Shown here one piece after another: positions 52,375-64,000 of a stretch of DNA of 64,000 nt. Below the pieces are notes generated by a model that was given only the letters and a program-made list of their open reading frames with translations, ran no database searches and was not told the DNA's origin. Numbering within the stretch: position 1 is the first letter of the stretch; each line of letters begins with the position of its first letter. A program made the translations under genes and the position numbers. Source of the stretch: Octopus sinensis (Eukaryota); contig NC_042997.1 in the NCBI RefSeq assembly GCF_006345805.1, forward strand, positions 108,996,001-109,060,000, written 5' to 3'.

Positions 52375-53499
52375 GTAGTAAGGGTATACTGATTAGAAAT
52401 ACATGTTGAGATAATGGCTATGAAACCGGTAACTAACCAGTATTTTCATTGGATTTACGATCCCTTAATAAGGTTTATTACCTTACTTGATAGTATAGAC
52501 ACCCACCCACCCATGTATGCATGTGTGTGTGTATTTAGAAGCCTGCTTATAATTGTGTTTAGATATTTTTCCAAAGCAAGTATGTATGCGAAGGTGTGTA
52601 TATGCGCGTGTGAGTTTGTGTGCATGAGCGCGCGCATGTACCTGTCTGTAGTGATAAGGAGTGCGCATGCGTGTACAAGTCTGCGCGTATGTTGTATAAA
52701 TGTAAAAAAAATGTGTATAAAGCACACTTTTCGAAGAAGCATTGAGAAATCGCCAGGACGTCTCCGTTAGAATTTTATGCCGACTATAGAAGCTGAATGT
52801 CGTTGAATCGCTCAGATATGAGGTTTTCGGAATGGTTAATTATATTTCCACATAAATATAACATTCTTTCTGTCTGCCATTCATGAAAGCTTTATGAGGC
52901 TGAAGGAATTTCCTGACGAATTTGTTGGGGGCAAATATGCAAAACTACCACGCGAATGGTTTATCGCTTCCACATCATTTACAACGTTTCCATCGTTGAG
53001 TATATACTGTACACACACACACACGCACACACACACACATGCATACATACACACACATGATACACACATACATGCACACACATATACACACACACCACAC
53101 ACATACATACACCACACACACATACAACTCACACACACTCACACACACACATACTCACACATACACACACACCACACACACGCACACAGATATATATATA
53201 CATATATTAAATATATATACCGTATATATAAATATGTGGTGCCCCAGCATGACCGCATCTTTTGAGCTGAAACTGGTAAAGAATTATACTGTATATATTT
53301 ACGCATATATATATATACACACACGTGTGTATATATATATATAGATATATACATATATATATACATATATAGGGATATATATATAATATAGTATATGGAT
53401 ATATATATATATATACATATATATATACATATATATGTATATATATATATATATGTATGTATATATAATATATAATATATACATACATACATATATATA

Positions 53500-53577
<78 letters not shown>

Positions 53578-53891
53578 TATATAAACACATACATACATGC
53601 ACACAGACGAAAGAGGACCAACTCGGTCGTTCAGCCTCCTCTGTGCTGCTGCACTGTATTTGATTTAAAGCCTTATTCTACATTTTCATCGCATGTCCAG
53701 ACAATGTCCCTTTTATTGATTGGAGCCATTCTAAATGTCACACTTCGTGTGTTGCCCTTTCATTTGCTTGTCCCACTCTATATAACGGTTATCATCTTTT
53801 AGCCGAAGAAAGTGAGATGGGGAAAGACGTAAATGTGAGAGATAACAGAAAGCAAGTATATGAAATAATGAAGGCAACACTAATATATGTA

Positions 53892-54175
53892 GAGTCACAT
53901 GGCCTAGTGGTTAGAGTAGCGGACTGGCGGTCGAGGGATCACGGGTTCGAATCTCAGACCGGGCGATGTTTGTGTTTATGAGCGAAACACCTAAGCTCCG
54001 CGTTGCTCCGGCAGAATGTAATCGGGAACTTCTCCTGACTCTTTCGCCACGACTTTCTCTCACTCTTTCCTCCTACATCTAACAGCTCACCTGTGACGGA
54101 GTGGCGTCCCGTCCAGGTGGGGAATCTATACGTTAATGAAACCAGATATTGGCTCGTGAAGGAAGAAACAACAAC
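53892..54175 (+). mobile_element. SINE family C (tRNA-headed)
   Basis: TGGCCTAGTGGTTAG A-box-like and GGGTTCGAATCTC B-box-like motifs; homologous to 62900-63183. Confidence 0.85.
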
Positions 54176-55949
54176 AGTAATATATTAAATGCAGCTATCA
54201 TCAAATACAACAATATGCGGTAAGGAAAAGACAGCATTAATGCAATGGTCCATATTATTTTACTAATTTTAGTAAGTAAGGGAGAACACTTTTGGCATGT
54301 TTCAGTTTTATTAGACCATGTGAAACCGGGTAGATTGGTGGTTAGGACGTTGGGCCGTGGTTCAAAAGACTGTCAGTCCCATTCCTGGTTCGAGTGATAT
54401 GATGTCTTTGAGTTGGACGCTTCATTCCACGTTGCTCCCATCTCATCAGCTGTAAATGGGTCCCAATTTAGTAAGGGTGCAGCCCTTTCTCTGCTCTCAT
54501 ATCGTCCATGTTTCGTCCGATGGCAAAGGTGGCATTGCAGGGATGTCTGCTGCTGATAATATAAGCACCTAAAACAATTAGCGAAAACATGGTAAATGCT
54601 TCTAGGTTCTAATCACTTGCGAGTGACGGCTATAGTTTGGTTAGATCTCGTCAATACAAAATTACAAGCTTCATCATAATTGCTCAAGTATTAATGAAAG
54701 AATCATTAAGTAGGTATACAATATTGCATATAAATAGACATGACCAATTAGCATAATTAACAAATAATCAATTGAAGTTAATAACTTTGTCACCTTTAAA
54801 AACAGTAGTTAAGATAGTGGGAACGTATTTAATGTAGTCACTATCAAAAAACTAATTAGGAATCATTATGAGATGAGGTAAAGACAAGGTTAGCTCTGTC
54901 GTTAATAATGATTGAAACATATAGAGAAAATGTTTTCGTTGTATTCAGTTACCTCCATTTATGTATGTATTCAAATGTAGCCGAGGCTATCTTTGTCTCT
55001 TTTATGACATCGATAAATTGCCGCTTCAACAATAGTAATGAAAGTTAGAATAAGTTATAGGATGTCACTTATGGGCCTTGTTTTCATCTTTTTCTTCGGT
55101 TTTACCATTGATGAGGATGGTGATAAAATAGCTTTACTACCTTCGAGCAAGTGAAATGTTGCTTTCAGCTCTGCTTGTATCATTTTAGGCAATTTTCTTA
55201 AACGTTTAAGTCGTCTTGCTAAATATCTTTAAATAGCAGTCATATTGCGCATAATCAGCGAATTTGTAATTAATAACAAATTAACATAATTATGATTAAG
55301 TACCAAGTTCACTGTCTCATATATCTGTGCTATAGATGGGGGCCACACATACACTTGACAAACAGAGGGAAACCGTTAAGAGCTGATACACTTTCGAGAA
55401 CTGAAGTGGAATCTAAACCGTTTAGATGCGGCATTCATTATGTTATAGACGTACAATAATAACGATAAATGTGACATGTTAATACATAAAAATAGGTCTT
55501 GAAGAATATAGAATATTTTGGTGGTGGAATAAAATATAGAAGAACTAACGGTATGGAAATAAAAAAAGAATTTGTCGGTAATGGAGTATAACGAGTAACA
55601 ACACAGCATCAGCTGTAATAAATATGAAATATTAGGATGAGAGGTTGATGGATCACTTTTTATTGTTTGAAGCTGTTCGTCATCGAAAAGACAATAGTGT
55701 TTTATTTATAGATCTGCAGCGTGGAGAATAATTTGTTACGCATTCTATAACTATATGCATGAGGGTATGTACATTTGCTTATATATATATATATTATATA
55801 TATATATATTATATATATAATATATATATATATATCTTTTACAACCTTCAGTCGTCAGTCTGCAGCCATACTAGAATACAGTATTACAGTTCCATTTCAG
55901 CCTATCATATTAATCGGTTTCGTAGAAAGATATTAGAAATACTAAGCTT

Positions 55950-56056
55950 AACAAAAATAAGTCTGGGGCCGGTTTCCTCGGTTAAAACCCTTCAAGGCGG
56001 TGCTCCAGCATGGGCGCGGTCAACTGACTGAAACAAGTAAAAGAATGAAAGAAAAG
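55950..56056 (+). mobile_element. SINE family B tail fragment
   Basis: AAGGCGGTGCTCCAGCATGG...GACTGAAACAAGTAAAAGAAT. Confidence 0.7.
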
Positions 56057-56197
56057 ACTATATATAAATATATAGATACACACACACACACAAACACAGA
56101 CATATAGAAATAATTAAGATTCAGTTGAATTAGGTACTTAATTTGAGGCACCAAGTCAGACTGATATTATCTATACCGCTCGAAGTAAGGTGAATAA

Positions 56198-56355
56198 AAA
56201 GCAAATAAGTAACAAGGATGTCCAGGTATCAGTGCACTATGGCCGTTTCAAGCGGCTCCATTTAATCGATCAATGAAAATATTGCATCAATTTGGAGCCG
56301 CTTGAAACGGCCGTAATGCACTCATATCTGGACATTCTTGTGACTTATTTGCTTT
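56198..56355. repeat. Foldback/hairpin element, ~63-bp arms, 32-bp spacer
   Basis: AAAGCAAATAAGT...GCGGCTCCA and TGGAGCCGC...ACTTATTTGCTTT with about 6 mismatches. Confidence 0.85.
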
Positions 56356-56464
56356 GTATATAGCCTTATGTATATATTCTTATGTGCGCATGCGCACATA
56401 AGGATACACATCTAAGAAAACAGAATAGGATAAGTGGAGCAATAGTACACGCGAAAACGCAAAG

Positions 56465-56509
56465 TGTCGCTGAAGAGGTCACAAATGTGTGACGAAAGAT
56501 TTCCAGACA
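56465..56509 (+). ncRNA. Type I minimal hammerhead motif with an extra nucleotide after the core
   Basis: UGUCG-CUGAAGA-G-GUCACA/UGUGAC-GAAA-GAU-UUC-CAGACA; stem I bulged, stem III near-palindromic. Confidence 0.65.
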
Positions 56510-56867
56510 ATGGACATGAGTTAGAATAAACAAAAAGTAAGAACAGTAATAAACGAGTGAAGAACAAATATATAGTACGTGTGTTTATTTGGTAAAAAAT
56601 AAATAAATAAAATAAAATGACCATTCCGAAAAACAACAATGCACACGCACACATACATTCATACATACATACATACATACATATATATATATATACACAA
56701 ACACACACAGTTTTATTTCTTCCACTTATACCGGTGGTTCTACTATTTAAGATATTGGTGTCAAAGTTTCGTCCATGGTAACTTGTATGGAACTAAATTA
56801 TTATCACGTAATTATGAATAAATATTTATATATTTAATAAGATACATTTCATAAATATATATTTAGA

Positions 56868-56966
56868 ATTCCGTTGTGTCTGGGGAGAGTAATTTTCTTT
56901 TTGTACCTTATAATGTAACACACTGACCGGTAAAAAGAAAATGACTATCCCCAGACACAACAGAAT
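56868..56966. repeat. Hairpin/MITE-like element, 35-bp arms
   Basis: ATTCCGTTGTGTCTGGGGAGAGTAATTTTCTTTTT and AAAAAGAAAATGACTATCCCCAGACACAACAGAAT, 3 mismatches. Confidence 0.8.
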
Positions 56967-57205
56967 ATGCTTCAACACACGAACTCATATAAAGAATCTT
57001 GCAAACCAAATCCAAAAACGAAATATTTACAATTGTTTTGCAAATAATACACTTCAATCAACCCAGTCGATGTTGGACATCAAAAGTCAACATGACTTTC
57101 AGTAGTTTCGTTTATCGTAAGTTTTATCAGGGATCCCTTGAATACCATTGTAACTGTGAATGGTGTGAGCAATGTATCTTATTAATAATGTAAACGAACT
57201 AAACT

Positions 57206-57415
57206 GGCGAGCTGGCAGAATCGAGTCAGCACAGGGTAAAATGCTTTGCAACATTCCGTCTGTCTTTACGTTCTGAGTTCAAATTCCGATGAAGTCGACT
57301 TTGCCATTCATCCTTTTGGTCTCGATATAATAAGTACCAGTTGGAAACTGGGGTCGAAGTAATTGACTTATTCCCTTCTTTTGAAATCGCTGGCCTTGCG
57401 CCAAAATATAAAATC
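57206..57415 (+). mobile_element. SINE family A, full length
   Basis: GGCGAGCTGGCAGAATCG...GTTCTGAGTTCAAATTCCG... Confidence 0.8.
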
Positions 57416-57940
57416 AGTACATAAAATATTATTGTCGTTAGAGCAAGAGGTATAACGCTGATGAATATGATTTAGTAGTAAATCTCTAAACATAGAGAAG
57501 AATAAATGCTAGTGACGCTTAAAAGGAAGGGGACACATTGAATAGTGTATTCCTAGATCTACATATGTCACATGGTCACAGCTATAATGCCTTTGATAAT
57601 ATGGCTACGGTGTCAGAGTTGACCTGGGGCTAAACACCAATGATAACACCAATATCATCATCAACAACAAGGGCAACGATAACCAGGAGATAAGCAACAC
57701 TATCCTCAGACTTATTGCCAAAAGTTGCGGATACTCAGAGTACGAAACGTCATTGTGGTTTTCCTCTCGGCCTGCATTGTTGCGCAATTATATGAAGCTA
57801 CAGTATTACAGGAAACACCATAAATGGCAGTGGGGCTCTGTATATTATATATAGAAGTACACACACACACATACACACAGATGTATTTTGTGTGTTATCT
57901 ATGTATGTATACATCTCTAAGGTACATGCATACAAATGCA

Positions 57941-57997
<57 letters not shown>

Positions 57998-58072
57998 ATG
58001 TATATATATATATATATGTACATATATAGATACACATATATATATATATATATACACACATATATATATATA

Positions 58073-58107
<35 letters not shown>

Positions 58108-59189
58108 GTATATTTATATATATTTATATATATATATAGATATATATATATATATTTAACATTTACTGAGTAGTCATGCATATATGCTTGTTTATATATA
58201 TACGCATACATACATATATACACATGTATATACATACATATATATATACATATATACTTACACATACATACATATATATACATATATATATGCATATATA
58301 TATATATATATACATATATATATGCATATATATATATATATATGCATATATATATGCATATATATGCATGAGTGTGTGTGTGTGTGCGCGTGTGTGTAGA
58401 AACATGCACACATGCATGACTGCTCAGTAGATGTTGTTTAAATTCCAATGAAAGAACCTTGTTTCTGGGTTGGAAAGCAGCTCTTCCTGTATTGGTGAGA
58501 AACGCGTGAGCGTACATGCACACGCACACGTGTGCGTGTGTGTGTGCGCTCGCGCGTACACGTGTCTGTGTGTGCATTGCGCGTGTGTTTGTGTGTAAGA
58601 GTTTTCAAAGCCATTCGCTGTGTATATTCGTAGGAAGATTATTCTGTCTTAATGTCTTCATGCAAATCCATCTGTCAGATTAATTATAAATCCTGCATTA
58701 TGATGAGTAATGTATTATGGAGTAAAGGCTGCATAATGGATTAGGGGCTGGTTGAATGCTGCTAGATCGCTATTGAGTAAACAGAGGATTAAAGAGCAAC
58801 TGGTGGAATACGAAATAAATAAACGAATCGACTTAAGAACACAGTGTTCCTGATTTTGGCGTAAACATGAAAGGGAGCGAAGAATATAGATGAGGAAGGC
58901 AGGAAGAAAAAAAAACGGAAAAGACAGGAAAAAAAAGAAAGAGTGGGAAAGTGAGGAATAAACGGAAGAAAGAAACAAAGAAAATTACAGAGAATTAATA
59001 AAAATAAATAAACAAACAAATAAATAAATAGGGACGAGAGGGTGAGAGGAGGATAAAGAGGCAATCAGTGAACGATTCTGTAAGGGGTTTTTGTTGTGTT
59101 TTTGGTGTTTATAAGGAAGTAATTCTGAAAATTTCTCGGGATTTGGGGTTGGTTTAAACAACGAAAAGGATGTTGCAGAGATTGTGTTG

Positions 59190-59330
59190 TATGATGATGA
59201 CGATGATTATAATGATGAAGATGGCGATGATGATGATGATGATGATGATGACGACGATGGCGATGATGATGATGAAGATGACGACGACGACGACAACAAT
59301 GATGATGATGATGACGACGACAACGACGAC

Positions 59331-59363
<33 letters not shown>

Positions 59364-59380
59364 AACGATGGTAATGTTGG
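59190..59380. repeat. (GAT/GAC)n microsatellite
   Basis: Direct inspection. Confidence 0.95.
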
Positions 59381-60254
59381 TGGTGATGGGCAGATGACTA
59401 GCACATTCTGGTACAAGCTGTGATCGATCAACGATCACCACTACAACATAACTTATTGATCCCTTTCGAAAAGATCGAACACTATGAAACGACAACTCGG
59501 ATGTAATCGGACATAACACGAAATCGGAATGGTTTTCGTTCTATATTTCTCCGTTTCTGCTAGGTTCACCTGGTTATATAATTATATGTAATAAGGTGAT
59601 ACTGTTCTAAATAAGCCCAGCCACCCTCACTGAGACCCTCTGAGGAATATATGGGTAATTTTTATATGGAATTCTTGCCGTCTTAGAATAGGAAGATATT
59701 AAGGAACTTTAGCATCCAGACAGGCTACCTGACACCATTTGGAAAAAAAAGTAAAAGAAAAACCTGGTACCTTTCTTCAAGCCTGAATGAAAATTGTTTC
59801 TTTTTTTTTTTGTATATACCCAGGCCTATTCACCCCCACACCAGGCATTCCATTCATTTTCCAGCTCGATAGTATGGTTAGAGAAATGGCTTTAAAGTTG
59901 AGGGTGGTTATAAAGTTGAACTGAGGTTTACTGTAAATTCAGGAATACAATGACCTGATTGTTGAATTAAAAAACAAACTAATTACGGCGAGAAAGAAAG
60001 GCGTTTCAATGATTCATTTGTTAACAGCACAACTATAATGATTGATAGCAGACACTTCATTGGAGATATCGATAGATTACCTCTAAAGATGGACATTAAA
60101 ACGGTCAAGAAAATAAAATGTATTAAGAACAATAAATATTTTTAGCATTCTCAGTCAATTTTTGTTAATCTTCTACAAGAAAAATATAACAAAAAAAGAG
60201 GAAACTCTTGAAATATTTTTCAAATATAAATAGCTAAAATCAATGAAAATAACA

Positions 60255-60467
60255 ATCCTTTCTACTCCAGGTAGAAGGCCGCAAATCTTGGGGAAGCGGG
60301 GTTGGTCGACTGCATGGACCCAGTTCTTGACTGGGATGTTATTATATCAACCTTGAAAGAATGAATGACGAAATTGACCTCGTCAGAATTTGAATATCAA
60401 AACGTAAAGACGAAGAAGAATCGCTGCTAAACCTTTTTTATCCAACTCAGTAACGATTCTGCCAGTT
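60255..60467 (-). mobile_element. SINE family A, strongly diverged (first of a head-to-tail array)
   Basis: Reverse-complement family A with many substitutions. Confidence 0.7.
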
Positions 60468-60479
60468 ATTATAATAATG

Positions 60480-60697
60480 ACCCTTTCTACTGAAGATACA
60501 AGGCCCGAAAACTTTAGGGGAGGAGACTAGTCGATTACATCTATACCCAGTGTTTCTCTGGTACTTGATTTATCAACTCTGAAAAGATAAAAGGCAATGT
60601 CGACCTCGGCAGAATTTGAACTCAGAACGTAGCGACGGGCGAAATATCGATAACGATTTCGTCCAGCGTGCTAACGTTTCTGCCAGCTCACCACCTT
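60480..60697 (-). mobile_element. SINE family A, moderately diverged (second in the array)
   Basis: Reverse-complement family A, full length. Confidence 0.85.
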
Positions 60698-60703
60698 TTT
60701 TGT

Positions 60704-61060
60704 ATTCTTTTCTTCTCGGCACAAGGCCCGAAATTTTGGGGGAGCGGAGGAGGGGAAGTCGATTAGATCGACCCCAGTACCCAACTGGTACTTAATTTAT
60801 CGACTCTGAAAGGATGAAAGGCAAACTCGACAGAATTTGAACTCAGAACGTAAAGTCAGACGAAGTACCTATTTCTTTACTACTTACAAGGGGCTCAACA
60901 CAATATCAACCCCAGTGCGTAACTGGTACTTATTTAATTGACCCCGAAAGGATGAAAGGCAAAGTCGATCTCGGCGGAATTTGAAATCAGAACGTAGCGG
61001 CAGACGAAATACGGCTACGCATTTCGCCCGGCGTGCTAACGAAACTGCCAGCTCGCCGCC
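60704..61060 (-). mobile_element. Dimeric SINE family A (third in the array)
   Basis: Same tail1/headless-monomer junction as 50386-50784, at 60868/60869; tail 1 internally deleted. Confidence 0.9.
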
Positions 61061-61699
61061 GTGAGTTATAATAACACTAATAATAAAACCTGTATTAAAT
61101 AAATATTAAAAGTTTGTATTATTTTCTATAAATATTTAAGCAAATTCTGTAAAATTCATGGAAGGTTTTAATGATTGGAAATATTCAACATGGAGGAAAC
61201 GACGGACATTTTCTCCAAAATATTGATTTAGTCATTTATAGTTTCTGATAATATCATAAATTAATGAGTGATCACTTGTCAAGTAAATAATTATATCAAT
61301 TATGCGATGAGATATAATTAACTAATTAGTTCATGCTGTCAACAAATACGTAACAATCAATGCATGCATCTTATTATCTCCTTCTTTCCATTCTTTGTTC
61401 ATCTTTACTCTTGCGGCCATTACACCATACTGCGTTTCACCTGGTTTCTATGAGACTTGCAATAATTGAGATTTTTAAAGCCAAAACCAAAAGCTTCGTT
61501 TAACGTTTTATTTTCTTTCAATTACGTTTTAATTTCAAAATGTTTGTTGTTTTATCATTAATAAATTGTTTGATAGATTATTTTGACACTTGATGTCAGA
61601 TAATCATTTTCTATTATTGCCTTGCGGGCTAACTTGAACGATTATTGAAATATCTCGTCTATATTTCATTTTTCTTGTCCATTCAGTTAGAAAAGAATA

Positions 61700-61767
<68 letters not shown>

Positions 61768-61781
61768 TAATAATAATAATG

Positions 61782-61836
<55 letters not shown>

Positions 61837-61880
61837 TAATAATAATAATGATAATAATGATAATAATGATAATAATAACT
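61700..61880. repeat. (AAT)n microsatellite
   Basis: Direct inspection. Confidence 0.95.
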
Positions 61881-61985
61881 TCAGTTAGTATTTCAGAAAC
61901 GATAGAAAATATGAAATTATAAATAGATTAAATCTTCCAAAAAACACAAAAACAAGTTTGTTTCACATTGCGCCCCGTACTGATG

Positions 61986-62016
<31 letters not shown>

Positions 62017-62588
62017 ACTACTACTACTACTACTACTACTACCGCTGCTGCTGCTGCTGCTGCTGCTACTACAACTACTGCTGCTGCTGCTACTGTTGTC
62101 GAAAAGCTGGGTAAGGAAGTTTGAGACAATAGAAGTTGATGAAAGAAGATTTTCTCGCTGGTGTTAGTTTAACAATGATCAATTGAGCAGTTTGTCTCTT
62201 ACTGATTAGAGCCAGAAAACACACAATTCACCGTCAATTTTTAACTTCGTGACATATTAATATATCAAATGTGCAATGGTATAAATTAATATTTAAAAAA
62301 CAAAACAAAACAAAAGACCGTTAAATGTCAATTCTTCGACAAAGTTTACGGAGTGTACTTGCACAGAAAAATCACATTTTTAACTAAAGATAAATAAATA
62401 TTGAAGGAATGATATTTTTCTGAACAATATTTGTGGAAGCAAATCATTTCCTGTTTCAATAAATTGGTAATTTCAATTTTACTTAACACACTCGAGTGCA
62501 CCTGGATATGGAGAGGCCTTTCACTGCGGTGAAAATTCTCCTCGTAGTCAATATGCATGAAAACATATCGTTGGATTACGAATGTTGA

Positions 62589-62636
62589 CACCGTAGGACG
62601 CATGCGTTTCTGTGTCGTCACACATCATCAGTGGTG
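62589..62636 (-). ncRNA. Type I minimal hammerhead motif, intact core, disrupted stem I
   Basis: CUGAUGA-UGUGU/ACACA-GAAA-CGCAUGC-GUC; perfect 10-nt palindrome ACGCAUGCGU; stem I offset (CACC/GGUG). Confidence 0.75.
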
Positions 62637-62899
62637 AGAACCGAATCAGTCATTCATAGCGTCTTAAGAACGATATGCGCATTAGCAAATATACTATTTG
62701 CTACTATATATGATAGAACAACCGTTATTGGAGAGCTTTCAACCAAAGATTCGTTGCCCGGTGCTGATGAAGCGTAGCAGCGCATAAATAAGTGCCCTAC
62801 AATCCGATGGTGTCATTCATAAGCAAGTGGTGTGTTTCCACATGTGTCGTTTATCGAGAGAAGTTTAACAGAGACTCTTACACCAGATAAAGACCTTCC

Positions 62900-63183
62900 T
62901 TCTCGAGCCATGCCTGGCTCATAAGGGCCGATTTCCTTGGCGTATAGGTTCCCCACCTGGACGGGACGCCGGTCCGACAGAGGTGAGCTGCAAGATGCAG
63001 GAGGAAAGAGTGAGAGAAAGTTGTGGCGAAAGAGTCAGCAGAATTTCGCCATTACCTTCTACCGGAACTGCGTGGAGCTTACGTGTTTCGCCCATAAACA
63101 CATATTGCCCGGTCTGAGATTCGAACCCGCGATCCCTCGACCGCGAGTCCGCTGCTCTAATCACAACGCCATGTGCCTCCACA
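62900..63183 (-). mobile_element. SINE family C, young copy with a 16-bp TSD
   Basis: CAGATAAAGACCTTCC at 62884-62899 and 63184-63199; intact A/B-box-like head. Confidence 0.92.
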
Positions 63184-63331
63184 CAGATAAAGACCTTCCC
63201 GCGTCTCAGTCTACAGGAACATGTTAAATTTGGTATTACACCCCTATATTTTATTCAACGTTGAAATGAAGGCTACACACAAACACAGTGAAAAAGAGAA
63301 TCGTGGCATATATACATATGTATACATACAT

Positions 63332-63372
<41 letters not shown>

Positions 63373-63702
63373 AACATACACAGACACTCGCACATACACA
63401 CGCATACACACACACATACATAACCATACACTGACACTCGCACATACACACGCATACACACACACACACGTACACACACATAGGAAGAGAGGGATGTTTG
63501 ACTGAGCGAGGGTATCTGTGTGTGATACCCTCGCTAAGCTGTGATGTCAATCAATACAAACTTGTTACCAATTCAATTATGCCTGAGAGGCATTCAAATC
63601 CATAAGAAGGCCATTCACTGTAATTTGTGATGGAGAAAATTTTTCGCTGTGGATAAATAGGTGTAAATACAGCGAATTAGCTCCCAGCACCTACTATACA
63701 GA

Positions 63703-63747
63703 CCGTTGGATACATGTGTTTCGGAGTGGTTATCTCCTCTCCAGACG
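63703..63747 (-). ncRNA. Decayed type I hammerhead motif (A6G core)
   Basis: CUGGAGA-GGAG/CUCC-GAAA-CACAUGU-AUC; stem III is one substitution from a palindrome. Confidence 0.55.
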
Positions 63748-64000
63748 CAGATACCGGAAATGCAGACGCTGCGAACTGACACGAGAGACAGTTTCCTTTT
63801 ATGATATTTTATAATATTCCCGGTCATCGTTCAATGAGTGTTTTCGCTATTCAGTGGCTCGGCGTAAATAGAATACGGGGTGACAGCACTAAGTAGAGAT
63901 GAGCAGAAATACAAATTTTGTTACCAGTTTAAATATATGTCATGGGATATACACGGCTGGGGTGGCTATGAACACGGTTTTTCTTGATCAAGTCTGGCCA

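Noticed and set aside
53892-53970. tRNA-like sequence considered as a tRNA gene (also 27100 and 63110-63183)
   Set aside because: A/B-box-like motifs continue into SINE bodies; no complete cloverleaf
57600-57851. ~84-codon open frame not in the ORF track
   Set aside because: No start or good acceptor; the N/I-rich part is a decayed AAC/ATC microsatellite
62761-62795. CTGATGA-A-GCG..CGC on the plus strand
   Set aside because: GAAA and NUH elements absent

Overview
Eukaryotic, AT-rich, extremely microsatellite-rich non-coding DNA. The repeat families (tRNA-headed SINEs with embedded CA/TA tracts, R4/Dong-type LINEs, mariners, Penelope-like termini) fit an octopus (coleoid cephalopod) genome; this is inferred from recalled repeat motifs, not from a search. 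No complete host gene is visible, only a few isolated exon candidates on both strands. Almost all listed ORFs are microsatellite read-throughs. The recognisable protein remnants are all transposon-derived: two R4/Dong-clade RT fragments plus a separate Dong-like 3' end, a CR1/L2-type RT fragment, a full-length dead mariner, a second partial mariner, a probable Penelope GIY-YIG remnant, an RTE-like 3' end and a doubtful hAT remnant. The most notable pattern not explained by the ORF track is about 12 minimal type I hammerhead-ribozyme motifs of the Penelope-associated kind. Seven have an intact catalytic core, six of those on the minus strand, and most have a palindromic stem III. Other notable structure: (TAA)n microsatellites acting as landing pads for a stack of same-orientation retroposons, including an unclassified ~560-bp element; a 132-bp solo LTR with a 5-bp TSD inside a LINE ORF; a recurrent dimeric SINE; SINE/RTE tail sharing; and a 200-bp CpG-rich, GC3-biased segment unlike its surroundings.
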